From the NCBI GenBank assembly GCA_963847705.1, contig CAWKBC010000021.1, positions 128,001 through 192,000 on the forward strand: a DNA stretch of 64,000 bases. The letters run 5' to 3'. Positions 50,457-60,463 of the stretch are shown here, in pieces. Below the pieces are notes generated by a model. That model had not been told where the DNA came from and did not search any database. It saw only the letters and a program-made list of their open reading frames with translations. A program made the position numbers and the translations under genes. The DNA is from an uncultured Pseudomonadota bacterium. Its GTDB lineage: Bacteria > Myxococcota_A > Polyangia > Fen-1088. How positions within the stretch are numbered: the stretch's first letter is position 1; the number at the start of each line of letters is the position of its first letter.

Positions 50457-51311
50457 GTGCACCTGGTCGCGCCCACGGCCTTCAAGGGGACCATGACCCC
50501 GCTCCAGGCGGCGCGGCATCTGGCCGCGCCCGGGGATCGGCTGTTGCCGCTCAGCGACGGCGGCGACGGCTTTCTCGAATGCTTGCAGCACAGGTTGGGC
50601 GGCGCCGTCGAGGAGGTGCCGGCCGCCGATCCGTTTGGCCGCGTTCGCCCCGTGCCGGTCCTGTTGCTGCCGGGCGGCGGGGTGGCCATCGAATGCGCCA
50701 AGGTGATCGGCCTCGCCGGCCTCGACCGGCGCGAGCCGCTGACGGCGTCCAGCCGGGGCCTCGGTGAGCTGCTGGGGCGATTTCGCTCCGAGCCGCGCCT
50801 CTGGCTGGGCCTCGGTGGCAGCGCCACCGTCGACGGCGGGCGCGACTGGCCCGCGCTCCCCCTGCCGCCCACCACGGTGTTCTGCGACGTGCAGACCGAT
50901 CTGGCCGACGCCGCGCGCCTGTTCGGGCCCCAGAAGGGGGCCGGCCCCGAGGCGGTGACGGTCCTCGCCGCGCGCCTGGCGGCGCTCGGGCTCCCGGGCG
51001 GGCCGCGCACCGGCGCCGCGGGCGGGCTGGGCGCGAAGCTGCTGTCGCTCGGCGCCGAGCTCGTCGACGGCGGCGCGCGGATGCTCGACCTGCTCGGGTT
51101 CGACGCCGCCTGTCTCGACTGCGACGCCGTCGTGACGGGCGAGGGACGCCTCGACGCCTCGTCGCTCGAGGGGAAGCTGCCGGTGGTGGTGGCGCGCCGC
51201 GCCCGCGCCCTCGGCCTGCGCGTCATCGGCCGCTTCGGCAGCCGCGGCGACGGCTGGGAGCGCGCCGCCGCGCTGTTCGACGAGGTCAGTTTCGAAACGG
51301 AGCAGCGCTAG
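50457..51311 (+). CDS. Glycerate kinase (compact form)
   Basis: AP.AFKGT, PLSDGGDG, GLGGSAT.DGG, FGPQKGA, GAAGG, TGEG.LD..S..GK. Confidence 0.88.
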   Translation: MHLVAPTAFKGTMTPLQAARHLAAPGDRLLPLSDGGDGFLECLQHRLGGAVEEVPAADPFGRVRPVPVLLLPGGGVAIECAKVIGLAGLDRREPLTASSRGLGELLGRFRSEPRLWLGLGGSATVDGGRDWPALPLPPTTVFCDVQTDLADAARLFGPQKGAGPEAVTVLAARLAALGLPGGPRTGAAGGLGAKLLSLGAELVDGGARMLDLLGFDAACLDCDAVVTGEGRLDASSLEGKLPVVVARRARALGLRVIGRFGSRGDGWERAAALFDEVSFETEQR

Positions 51312-51386
51312 GCTGTCCCCGGATGGATCGCGTGCGCGCTGCTCGAGATTCACGGCTGCGCGACGCCGCGCGCCGGCCCGAGAGGG

Positions 51387-52322
51387 TCAGGCCGCTTCGG
51401 GGAGCGCGGCGTGGGGCGCGGCGTCGCCCGGCGCGCGCAACACTTCGGCGGGCGGGCGGCGAAGGTCCCAGACCAGGCCGCAGCGCTCGAAGAGGCGCAG
51501 CACGTAGAACGTCACGTCGATCTCCCACCAGCGAAAGCCCTGGTTGGCCGAGCTCTGGTAGTGGTGGTGGTTGTTGTGCCAGCCCTCGCCGGTGGTGAGG
51601 AGCGCCAGCGCCCAGTTGTTGCGCGAGTCGTCGCCGGTCGCGTAGCGGCGCCGCCCGATGAGGTGCGACAGCGAGTTGATGGCGAAGGAGCCGTGCCAGA
51701 GCATCACGGTGGAGACCAGGAACCCCCAGACCAGGGCCGGGAGGCCGCCCAGGGCGAGCAGCGCGAGCGCGAGCGGGACGGCCGGGAGCATCTGGACGCC
51801 GGGGCGGTTGAGGGCCCGCAGCTCGGAATATTTCGCCAGATCGCCGACCAGCTCGAGGTTCGTGCGGTCGTAATCCTCGGCGGTGATCCAGCCGACGTGG
51901 GCCCACAGGAAGCCGCGCTGCTTGGCGGAATGCGGGTCGAGCGGTGTATCGGAGTGCTTGTGGTGATAGCGGTGATTGGCGGCCCACCAGAGCACGCCCT
52001 TTTGCAACGAGCTCTGCGCGCCGAGCGCGAGCAGGAACTGAAAGGCGCGCGAGGTCTTGAACGCGCGGTGCGAGAAGTAGCGGTGGTAGCCGCCGGTCAC
52101 CAGCACCATGCGGACGAAGTAGCTGCCGACCGCGAGGGCGAGGCCGCCCCAGGAAAAGCCGCACAGGATCAGGCCCACCAGCGCGGCCAGGTGGAAGCCC
52201 CAGAACACGAGCGTGGACGGTCGGAAGTAGTCGCTCAGGCGCGCGCGACGCAGCACTGCGCCGGGGCCCGGAGCCCTGTCCCTGTCCATGTCCGATGGGA
52301 TGCTTGAGCGGGAGGCGGTCAC
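51387..52322 (-). CDS. Acyl-CoA (delta-9-type) desaturase
   Basis: His boxes YHRYFSH, HRYHH, GEGWHNNHH. Confidence 0.93.
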   Translation of the reverse strand: MTASRSSIPSDMDRDRAPGPGAVLRRARLSDYFRPSTLVFWGFHLAALVGLILCGFSWGGLALAVGSYFVRMVLVTGGYHRYFSHRAFKTSRAFQFLLALGAQSSLQKGVLWWAANHRYHHKHSDTPLDPHSAKQRGFLWAHVGWITAEDYDRTNLELVGDLAKYSELRALNRPGVQMLPAVPLALALLALGGLPALVWGFLVSTVMLWHGSFAINSLSHLIGRRRYATGDDSRNNWALALLTTGEGWHNNHHHYQSSANQGFRWWEIDVTFYVLRLFERCGLVWDLRRPPAEVLRAPGDAAPHAALPEAA

Positions 52323-52451
52323 ACATCCAAGATGGAGAAACGCCGGTCAGAACCGCGCGATCCTTCGGTCATATTCGCGTCAGCCACAGCCGTCGGGCTC
52401 AGGATCCTTCTTACGCCGGGCCCCACCGGTGGCTAGTCTCTGTCTGCGCCG

Positions 52452-53171
52452 ATGACGATGAGGATCCACCCGTACCGCCCTGCCAGATCGCTGGCCGCCA
52501 ATCTGTGGCAGGTGGAGGGGTCGCTGGCCAACGGGCTGCCGCGCAACATGACGGTCTACCGCCTGCCCGACGGGCGGCTGCTGCTCTATAGCGTGGTGGC
52601 GATGCACCCGGCGGACATGGAAGCGCTCGAGAAGCTGGGCCGCCCGGCGATCCTGGTGATGCCGCACGATCGCCACCAGATGGACGCGCCGTTTTACAAG
52701 CGCCGCTACCCTGACCTCCGGGTCCTCGCGCCCGACCCCCGGCACCCCCGCAAGGTCCCGGTCGACGGCGATCTCGGCGAGCTCGCAGCGTTCGGGATCA
52801 ACGCCTACGTTCTGCCGGGCACGACCTATCACGAGGCCGTCCTGGAGCTCCCCATCGACGGTGGCCAAGGCGGCCAAGGTGGGATGTCAGGCATCGCGCT
52901 CTGCACCACCGAGCTCCTGGGAAACCTCGGCGGCCTTCCGGGGCTGCCGCGCCTGATGCGTCTGCTGCTGCGCCTCATCGGCCCTCCGGGCGGCGGGCTG
53001 GGGGTGGCGCGCGTGGTGAGATGGCGGGAGGTCTCCGATCGCGAACGCGTCCGCGCCTGGATGAAATCGCTGGCCGAGCGCCCGGAGCTGCGCATGGTGC
53101 TGGTGGGGCACGGCAGCCCGGTCACCGAGGATGCGCGCGCCTCCCTGCGGCGCGCCGCCGCCCACGTTTGA
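52452..53171 (+). CDS. DUF4336-like/metallo-beta-lactamase-fold hypothetical protein
   Basis: RNMTV.RLPDG.LLLYS, P..H..D, VGHG. Confidence 0.65.
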   Translation: MTMRIHPYRPARSLAANLWQVEGSLANGLPRNMTVYRLPDGRLLLYSVVAMHPADMEALEKLGRPAILVMPHDRHQMDAPFYKRRYPDLRVLAPDPRHPRKVPVDGDLGELAAFGINAYVLPGTTYHEAVLELPIDGGQGGQGGMSGIALCTTELLGNLGGLPGLPRLMRLLLRLIGPPGGGLGVARVVRWREVSDRERVRAWMKSLAERPELRMVLVGHGSPVTEDARASLRRAAAHV

Positions 53172-53186
53172 AGGCAAGCCACCGCG

Positions 53187-53306
53187 ATGGGCACAGTCGA
53201 TGTGATCATCGTGGGCGCGGGGACGCCGGCCTCGGCGCCCTGCGCCGCTGTCGGCGCCGCCGGACTGGCGACGCGGCGGGCCGCGCGCCAGATCAGCCAC
53301 TTCCTC
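53187..53306 (+). pseudogene. Thioredoxin-reductase-like FAD oxidoreductase N-terminal remnant
   Basis: MGTVDVIIVGAG, shifted AGL..LRRCRRR, then AARQISHFL; resembles DVIIVGAGPAGLSAAL.LGRCRR..HGFL. Confidence 0.5.
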
Positions 53307-53364
53307 GTTCTGCGGACGTGCTTAGGTTTTTGCCTTAGTGACAGCACAAGCAGAGGGAGAGAAC

Positions 53365-53676
53365 ATGAACAAGATACGTGGACTGGTCGTGGGAGTTTTG
53401 CTGGCGGTGTGGTGTTTCCCGGCGCTGAGCTCGGCCAAGGGCCTGCCTCCCGCGTCGCCGACCCCTCCGGCGTTCGTCGCGACGGGGACGACCGCGGCGG
53501 AGACGACGGCGGCTTCGTCGAACGCGTCGTCGACCGACGGGCAGGCGGCGAGCCTCGCCCAGCGTGAACAACAGTCGTCCAATCTTCAGGACTTCAAGGG
53601 TGGTGCCGCGGTCATCTTCATTGGCGGCGGGACGGTGCTGGTTCTGGTGATCATCCTTCTGATCCTTCTCATCTGA
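53365..53676 (+). CDS. Small exported protein with C-terminal hydrophobic tail
   Basis: Signal peptide, low-complexity linker, LAQREQQSSNLQDFKGG + AAVIFIGGGTVLVLVIILLILLI*; GGAG RBS. Confidence 0.75.
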   Translation: MNKIRGLVVGVLLAVWCFPALSSAKGLPPASPTPPAFVATGTTAAETTAASSNASSTDGQAASLAQREQQSSNLQDFKGGAAVIFIGGGTVLVLVIILLILLI

Positions 53677-53686
53677 GGCGACGGGC

Positions 53687-54028
53687 ATGAACGACCGAGG
53701 GAGAGTCCACCACTGGAGCGCCTACGTGTTCGGCGCGCTCGGCGCGCAGGAGCTGGACGAATTCGGCGAGGCGATCAGGTCTCCCTGCATCACCCCCGCC
53801 GAGGTCCGACGGCTCACCGAGGCGATGGCCGAACGGGCGCGTTCCTACTTCGCAGATGGCGAGGGAGATCGGGACAACGGTGAGTGGGCTGCCCTCGGAA
53901 TGCTGGATGGCGCCGACGCCGAGCTGGCGGGCCTCCAACCCCACCGGACGCCACGCCCCCGCCGGGGGAGCGTGCGCTCGGCGGGTGTCACGGAGGACAC
54001 GCTGGTGTCGACCGCCACGGCCGCCTGA
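53687..54028 (+). CDS. Hypothetical protein
   Basis: ORF 10 nt after the previous stop; no recognised motif. Confidence 0.35.
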   Translation: MNDRGRVHHWSAYVFGALGAQELDEFGEAIRSPCITPAEVRRLTEAMAERARSYFADGEGDRDNGEWAALGMLDGADAELAGLQPHRTPRPRRGSVRSAGVTEDTLVSTATAA

Positions 54029-54110
54029 TTCTCGCTGCGCCCCTTGCGGCGCCCGCGGCGCGACTCACTCTTTTGAGGCCGCGCTGGCGTGGCGATCAAG
54101 AGGTGGAGCG

Positions 54111-54680
54111 ATGAATCGGAAGAGCAAGTTGACGATCGGTGTCGCGACCGCGGCCCTTGCGGTCCTTTCTTTGGTGGGCGCCAGGGCCTTTTCTGCCGCG
54201 CCGGACAAGTACAGCCTGAAGGTGCCGGGCGGCCTGGCCTTCGCCGAGTTCAAGGGATACGAAAACTGGCAGCTCGTCTCCATCAGTCAAAACGGAAAGC
54301 TGATGGCGGCGATCCTCGGCAATCCGACGATCATCGAGGCCTTTCGGGCCGGCATCCCGGTCAACGGCAAGCCTTTCCCCGACGGCTCCAAGATGGCCAA
54401 GATCCACTGGATCCCGAAGGTGAACGAGAACGCCCCCGGTCCGCCCACGGTGCCGGGCATCCAGCACGACGCCGACTTCATGGTGAAGGACAGCAAGCGG
54501 TTCCCGGACAGCGGCGGGTGGGGATATGCCGCCTTCGAGCACGACGCCGCCTCGGACACGTTCGCGCCCGCCACCATGGCGGCCCATCCCCCGCAGGGGA
54601 ACGACGCCAAGTGCGGCGCCGCCTGCCACACTAAGGCACAGGCGCGGGACTTCGTCTTCACCGAATACGCGAAGCGCTGA
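54111..54680 (+). CDS. Cytochrome P460 family protein
   Basis: Signal peptide, FPDGSKMAKIHW, MVKDSKRF..SGGWGYA.F, CGAACH. Confidence 0.85.
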   Translation: MNRKSKLTIGVATAALAVLSLVGARAFSAAPDKYSLKVPGGLAFAEFKGYENWQLVSISQNGKLMAAILGNPTIIEAFRAGIPVNGKPFPDGSKMAKIHWIPKVNENAPGPPTVPGIQHDADFMVKDSKRFPDSGGWGYAAFEHDAASDTFAPATMAAHPPQGNDAKCGAACHTKAQARDFVFTEYAKR

Positions 54681-54935
54681 CCAGCGGGTCGGCCCCGGGG
54701 GCCGCTGCTGCCCGAACCGCTGTCTGGTCGGCGATGACTGGCGACCTCGTCAGCGGCGGGATTGCCGGCCTGTTTCGGCCGCATCGAGATGACTGCCTTG
54801 AGTGGGTGAAGGGCGCGCCGAGTGGTCCGTCGCGCGCGAGGTGGTGGTCGGTCTGGCCGAGGATCTGCTCGTCGAAGATGACTCCAACTGAAACCTCATC
54901 GGGCATTCGAAGAGCCCGGCCTGACCGTCGGGGCG

Positions 54936-55416
54936 CTATTCGGCGGCGCGAAGGTCGTGGTGCTGGGCCTCCGTGATGGCGATGTCCCCCGTCTCGAGCA
55001 GGGACTTCAGGTTGGAGAGGACGCGCGGCCAGCCGCCCGACACGGCCTTGATGAGCTTGGACTCCGGTCGTTCGAGCTCGTGGGTGACGGTGAGCTTCAC
55101 CGCGCGGCCCACCGGCTCGAGCTCCATGGTGCAGCGGCCCAGGCCCCTCGGCCTTGAGCTCGGGCTTCCATTCGTTCTGCCACCGGATGACCAGCCGTCG
55201 CGGCGGATCGATCTCCAGGATCTCCCCCGAGTCCGTCAGACCTCCGTCCGAGCCGATCAGCTTCCAGGGCGATCCCTTCTTCCACCCGGACGCGACGGCC
55301 GTTCCGAACCAGTACTGGCGGGTGAACTGCGGGTCGGTCAGCGCCTCCCACAGTTTCACCGGTGTCGTGCGAATGAAGGTGACGTAGACGAAGCTGCTGC
55401 GGTCGGCTGCGCTCAT
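54936..55416 (-). pseudogene. SRPBCC family protein, +1 frameshift near 55139
   Basis: FVYVTFIRTTP.KLWEALT.P.FT.QYW; after the shift GGWP.VLS.LKSLLETG. Confidence 0.85.
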
Positions 55417-55763
55417 GGCGTTCTCCTGGTCTTGGGTGTTCTCGTGCCGCCGTCTTCCAGGCGGTGCTTCAGGTCGCGCAGGGCCTCGAGGCGCGGCCTT
55501 TCGAACTTGCAGATCCAGCGGTCGTAGATCTCCTGCAGCGGCACCGGATTGAGGAAGTGCAGCTTCTCGCGCCCGCGCCACTGCACCGCCACCAGGTTGG
55601 CCGCCTCGAGCAGCGCGAGGTGCTGGGTGACCCCCTGGCGGGTCATGTCCAGGTGCCGGCACAGCTCGCTGAGCGTCTGGCCGTCGTGGGCGTGCAGACG
55701 GTCCATGAGCTTTCGCCGCCCGGGATCGGCAAGGGCCTTGAACAGGAGATCGGCGTCGGACAC
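55413..55763 (-). CDS. ArsR-family transcriptional regulator
   Basis: LFKALADP.RR.L.D.L, MTRQ.VTQHL..LE.ANLV. Confidence 0.92.
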   Translation of the reverse strand: MSDADLLFKALADPGRRKLMDRLHAHDGQTLSELCRHLDMTRQGVTQHLALLEAANLVAVQWRGREKLHFLNPVPLQEIYDRWICKFERPRLEALRDLKHRLEDGGTRTPKTRRTP

Positions 55764-55770
55764 GGGCGAG

Positions 55771-55800
55771 ATGATAGGCAAGTGAATACTTGCATGTCAA
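55771..55800 (-). promoter_or_regulatory. sigma70-type promoter with a palindromic operator in the spacer (leaderless)
   Basis: TTGACA-N18-TATCAT, then 7 nt to GTG; the spacer holds GCAAGT-N4-ACTTGC. Confidence 0.7.
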
Positions 55801-56198
55801 GGCCGGCTGAAGACCGGCTCCAAGGACCCAGCTGGAAGGCCGGCCCGAAGGCCGGCTCAAACCCCGGGGCAGCAATGGCTCACGGCAGGCGCTCTGCCCG
55901 TCGGCCACCGGTCGAGGTGCGCGGTTCTGGAGGCCGGTCGCGGACCGCTGGATCCCCACCGTCAGCCAGACACCTGACGAAGCTCAGGCTGGAAGCTGGA
56001 GATCCGGCCGCGCGTCGGCGGTCAGCGCCCGCTTCGACGCGCTTCTGGAGGCTGCCATCGTCCCCGCCCGTGGTTGTCAGCCCGCGGTTGCATCAACGAC
56101 AACCGGTGCGTCGCCACTCCATCCGCCCTTGACGCCCGACGCCGTGGCGACACCTTGCCACGAGGTCGCGAGGTCGCGAGGTCGAAAGGGAGGCCGGC

Positions 56199-57344
56199 AT
56201 GGAGATGGAAGGGCGGGGAAGCACCGGGCAGGACCTGCGGCGGATCGGTATTCATCCTGATTTTTGGTATCCGCTGGCCCGGTCGAAGGACCTGCGGCCC
56301 GGGCACACCCACCTGGCGACCTTCGCCGGCGAGCCGATCGTCCTGGCGCGCACCGAGACGGGCCAGGTCTTCGCGCTCGACGATCGCTGCGCGCACCGCC
56401 AGTTTCCGCTGCACAAGGGCGTCGTCTGCGGCGAGATGCTGAGGTGCGCCTACCACGCCTGGACCTACCAGCAGGACGGGCAGATTGCGGCGGTGCCGTA
56501 CTTGCCGAAGGGGGCGGCGCGACCGTCTGGCGTCAGGAGCTATCCCTGCCGCGAGGCCTACGGTCACCTGTTCGTCTTTCCGGGCCAGCGCGAGAAGGCC
56601 GCGCAGGTGCCGCTCCCCGCGCTGCCCGGCTACGAGGCGCCGAACACCCGCACGATGGCCTTCTGGCGCCAGGTCAGGTGTCACTACTCGTTCATGCACG
56701 AGAACCTGATGGACATGAACCATCAGTTCCTTCACCGGGGCATCATGGGCACCATCAAACCGACGATGCTCGGGTTCGAACGCGGGCCCGACTGGGTCGA
56801 GGCGCGCTACCGGTTTCGGCACACGGCCGGCAAGCCCGCGCGGGGCGCCCGGCTGATGCTGGCAGGCAGCGGCAACGGCGCCCCCGCCTCCGGCGACGGG
56901 CACGCCCCGGAGGGCGGCGGCGATCTGATGACCATCCGCACCGCCTATCCCTACCAGACCTTGAGCCTCTTCCGCGGCGGGGCCTCGCACCCGTCGTTCC
57001 ATCTGTGGGCGGCGTACGTTCCCGTCGATCGCGAGCAGCGCGCCAACACCAGCATGGGTCTGTTGACCATCGAAAAGCCCTCCGTCCCGGGCCTGATCAA
57101 CATCTTCTGGCCACTCATCCGCCGCTTCGCCGAGGCGGTGTTCACCGAGGACCGGGCCGCGGTCGAGGCCGAGCAACAGGCGTACGATCGGCAACAGGCC
57201 GACCGCAACCAGGAGATCAATCCGGTGATCCTCGCGCTGCGCGAGGTGCTGCTTCGCAACGGCGTCCCGTTTGCGGACGCGCGCGCGCCGCTGCCCGCGC
57301 CTCCCGACGGGCTCGGCGTGACCCCAGCGGACAGCGGTCCCTGA
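56199..57344 (+). CDS. Rieske [2Fe-2S] non-heme iron oxygenase (VanA-like)
   Basis: CAHR..CAYH, ENLMDMNH..LH, F.ED. Confidence 0.92.
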   Translation: MEMEGRGSTGQDLRRIGIHPDFWYPLARSKDLRPGHTHLATFAGEPIVLARTETGQVFALDDRCAHRQFPLHKGVVCGEMLRCAYHAWTYQQDGQIAAVPYLPKGAARPSGVRSYPCREAYGHLFVFPGQREKAAQVPLPALPGYEAPNTRTMAFWRQVRCHYSFMHENLMDMNHQFLHRGIMGTIKPTMLGFERGPDWVEARYRFRHTAGKPARGARLMLAGSGNGAPASGDGHAPEGGGDLMTIRTAYPYQTLSLFRGGASHPSFHLWAAYVPVDREQRANTSMGLLTIEKPSVPGLINIFWPLIRRFAEAVFTEDRAAVEAEQQAYDRQQADRNQEINPVILALREVLLRNGVPFADARAPLPAPPDGLGVTPADSGP

Positions 57345-57378
57345 CGGGGAGCGTGCCGTCTTCGTGGCGCCTCGGCCG

Positions 57379-59361
57379 CTACTTCGACATCACGAGGAGG
57401 GCCACCGAGTTGGCGGCCAGAGAGAACCCCGTGAGGGTTCCGTTCGTCAGCGCCACGGCCGTGTCGGGCGCCGGGGCGCCGCCGCCGACCATCCGGTAGA
57501 CCTGCGCAGAGCCCGTTGGCGTGAAGTTCTTGAGGGTGACGGAGAGGCCCGATTGCGCAGCGCCGCTCACGTTCACGAGCATGACCCAGACCTTGGTCGG
57601 GGCGGCCGGCGAATCCGACGCCGCGTAGACGTTGACGCCCGCGTTGGGGCTGGCCGCGCCGATCGAGAACGCACCGAAGCGCGCGCCGTTGCCGTCGTAG
57701 CTCCGGTACATGGCCATGGCGTTGTAGATGGGCAGGTGGGTCGACCCGTGAACGAGCGTGGTCCAGTACGAGGCGACCTGGTACCCGAGCCGCCCGTACA
57801 TCCCGAGGATGTCGGCCTCCTGCGTTCCCGTCGTGGCGTCCGGCGTGCTGCCGTCGCCACCGTCCTTGGGGACGTTGTACTCGCTGACGCAGATGCCGGT
57901 CCCGGGATAGGTTGCGTTGATCCACCCCTGCACGTGCGGAACGACCGACGTGCCCGTCGCGTCCCAGAGCGCCGAGGTGTCCCCCAGGCCCTTGCCGGGG
58001 AAGGGGTAGTGCATGTCGACGCAGTCGAGCGGCCGGACGTGCGTCGCCGCCTCCTGGGCGGCGGCGAGCTTCAAGATCGCCGTCGTCAGTGAGTTGCTGA
58101 CGCTGTACGGCCCGGTCGGGTTGCCGCACTCGACGTTGGGGAGCGCCACCAGGTCCTGGGAATTTTCGGTGGACATGAAGAGAACCGAAGCGGTCGGGTC
58201 GGCCGCCTTGATCGCCTTGGCGTAGGCCATGGTGCGGTTGATGAAGTCCTGGTTGAGGCTGGTCCCGATGCTGGTGTTGGTCGTGTAGAAGGGCTCACAC
58301 CAGGTGCCCGGGGGATAGAACGCCGGATAGATGTCGGCGCGGAGGGCCTGCCAGTTGTCGGGCTCGTTGTCGAGCTGGTAGTACCTCACGCCGCCATTGG
58401 CGGCCGAGCCGAACGTCGACACCAGGTGCGTGACCCAGGCGCCCATGAACGACGTATCGAGCACGCCCGAGCCCTTGTCGACCACCTCCTCTTCGGAGGT
58501 CCCCAGCGTCTGGCAACAGGTGGAGATGGAGCTGCTGCCGGCGCAGTCCGGCGTCCCCGGATTGGGCGTCGCCATGCTGGCCACCCATCCGGTGATGGGG
58601 ATCGTCATCAGCGTGTCGGCATGCTGGGTGATGTTGTAGTGGACGAACTGGTCCGAGCTGGTCGTGAGCGAGGACGCGGGCGTGGGTGAGGTGAAGCGAC
58701 CGACATAGTTCGCGCAGTTCCAGTCGTCACCCGCGTTGGAGACGTCGATCTTCCAGTTGTACGAGCTGGTGGCGTCACCGCCCCACCGGTTGAGCGCGGC
58801 GAGCTTCATCGAGTCGCTGCTGTCGAGCGCCACGCCATAGATCCCGGGTGAGATGGGCGTTCCCTGGGAGCTCGCGTCCACCACGACGCTCGTCGTGCTG
58901 GAGGAGGCGACGCAGGTCTGCGCTGGCCCGCAGAGCTGGGAGGGCGGACAGCCGCCGCAGGTGTGCCCGCACCCGTCGTCGCCGCAGGTCTTGCCGGTGC
59001 AGCTGGAGGAGCAACTCACCCCCTCTCCACCTGCGGTCCCGGCCGATCCGCCGAGGCCGCTCGAGTTACCACCAGAGCCGCCGCTGCCGCCCGTGGCCAC
59101 CGCGCCGCCCGTGCCGGCGCCCCCAGAGCCGCCGCCCCCGGTACCAACAGCTCCGGCGCTGCTGTGGCCGCCGGTGCCGGCGCCCCCAGAGCCGCTCATG
59201 CCGCTGCCCCCGGTACCAACAGCTCCGGCGCTGCTGTGGCCGCCGGTGCCAGAGCCCCCTTGCCCGACCGCCCCTCCCGAGCCGGTCGGCGACGTGACCC
59301 CGGTCTTGGTGCCGCAGCCCAGGAGGGCGCACAGCGTGATCATCGGAGCGAGCGATCTCAT
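57379..59361 (-). CDS. GH44 endoglucanase/xyloglucanase lipoprotein
   Basis: LLGC lipobox, Gly linker, Cys module, NRWGGD.TS.YNW, LDNEP, VSEYN. Confidence 0.85.
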   Translation of the reverse strand: MRSLAPMITLCALLGCGTKTGVTSPTGSGGAVGQGGSGTGGHSSAGAVGTGGSGMSGSGGAGTGGHSSAGAVGTGGGGSGGAGTGGAVATGGSGGSGGNSSGLGGSAGTAGGEGVSCSSSCTGKTCGDDGCGHTCGGCPPSQLCGPAQTCVASSSTTSVVVDASSQGTPISPGIYGVALDSSDSMKLAALNRWGGDATSSYNWKIDVSNAGDDWNCANYVGRFTSPTPASSLTTSSDQFVHYNITQHADTLMTIPITGWVASMATPNPGTPDCAGSSSISTCCQTLGTSEEEVVDKGSGVLDTSFMGAWVTHLVSTFGSAANGGVRYYQLDNEPDNWQALRADIYPAFYPPGTWCEPFYTTNTSIGTSLNQDFINRTMAYAKAIKAADPTASVLFMSTENSQDLVALPNVECGNPTGPYSVSNSLTTAILKLAAAQEAATHVRPLDCVDMHYPFPGKGLGDTSALWDATGTSVVPHVQGWINATYPGTGICVSEYNVPKDGGDGSTPDATTGTQEADILGMYGRLGYQVASYWTTLVHGSTHLPIYNAMAMYRSYDGNGARFGAFSIGAASPNAGVNVYAASDSPAAPTKVWVMLVNVSGAAQSGLSVTLKNFTPTGSAQVYRMVGGGAPAPDTAVALTNGTLTGFSLAANSVALLVMSK

Positions 59362-59569
59362 CGCGTCTGCTTGGAAAGCGACCACCGGCCGCGGTCGCCT
59401 GGGGACATCGTTCAAGATGCTCTCCTGTTTCTCGATTGGCCGTCGATCGGGCGACCGACACCCACGTCGAGCTCCAGAATACCGCACCACGATGGGTTGC
59501 CGTCGATAATTCCGGAAATCTTCCGCGCGGGCTCCGCGCCGCTGGCGGTGCGCTGGTAAGCTGCCGCGG

Positions 59570-60400
59570 GTGAACCGGATCTCCTTCGCCTCGGTCGAGT
59601 GCTCCGACCCGCGCTTCGAACGAGACGGCCTTCGCGTGATCACGGTGCGCAGCGGCGCGCTCGATCGCCGCGCCGACATGTGCTTTTGGGCGCCGCCGAT
59701 CGGCAACGCTCCGACGACGCTGCCGTTGCTGATCCTGCTCCACGGCTCGGGTGGAAGTGCCTGGTCGTGGCCGCTGAACGGTGGCGCCCACCTGACCGCG
59801 GCGCGGCTCGTCGAGGCCGAGGAGATCGCGCCCGTGGCGCTGGCGATGCCGTCCGACGGCTTGTGGGGCACCGGCAGCGGTTACGTCCCGCATGCCGACG
59901 CCGACTACGAGCGCTGGATTGTGGACGAGGTCCCGGCGGCGGCGGCGCAGCTCGACGCTCGGATCACCGGTTCGTCGCCGCTCACCATCGCCGGCCTCTC
60001 GATGGGCGGGTTCGGAGCGCTCCGGCTGGGGGCCAAATACCCGGACCGCTTCCGCGGCATCTCCGCGCACTCGGCGGTCACGACGCTGGGGCGTCTGGCC
60101 GAGGGGACCGGCGATCGCCTGGAGGCGCTTCCCGGCTTTGGCCAACCGGAGGGCGCCGCGCTGCACTGGCTGGAGGTCAACGCCGCACGCTTGCCGCCGC
60201 TGCGGTTCGACTGCGGCAACGACGATCACCTGCTGCCCGCCAACCGCGCCCTGCACGCCGCGCTGGAAGCGCGCAGCATCGACCACCAGTACGAGGAGTT
60301 CGCGGGCGGCCACGACTGGCTCTACTGGCGCCTGCACCTGGCCGATTCGCTCCGGTTCCTCGATCGGGCGATGGCGCGCGCGCCAGGCGCGGTGCAGTAG
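59570..60400 (+). CDS. Esterase (alpha/beta hydrolase, CE1-like)
   Basis: LLHGSGG, GLSMGG, DCG.DD, GGHDW.YW. Confidence 0.88.
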   Translation: MNRISFASVECSDPRFERDGLRVITVRSGALDRRADMCFWAPPIGNAPTTLPLLILLHGSGGSAWSWPLNGGAHLTAARLVEAEEIAPVALAMPSDGLWGTGSGYVPHADADYERWIVDEVPAAAAQLDARITGSSPLTIAGLSMGGFGALRLGAKYPDRFRGISAHSAVTTLGRLAEGTGDRLEALPGFGQPEGAALHWLEVNAARLPPLRFDCGNDDHLLPANRALHAALEARSIDHQYEEFAGGHDWLYWRLHLADSLRFLDRAMARAPGAVQ

Positions 60401-60463
60401 GCCGAGTCGACCGCCGTGTCAGTCGGCTGACCGCTTAACCATTGCCGAGGGTGCCGCGTCCTC

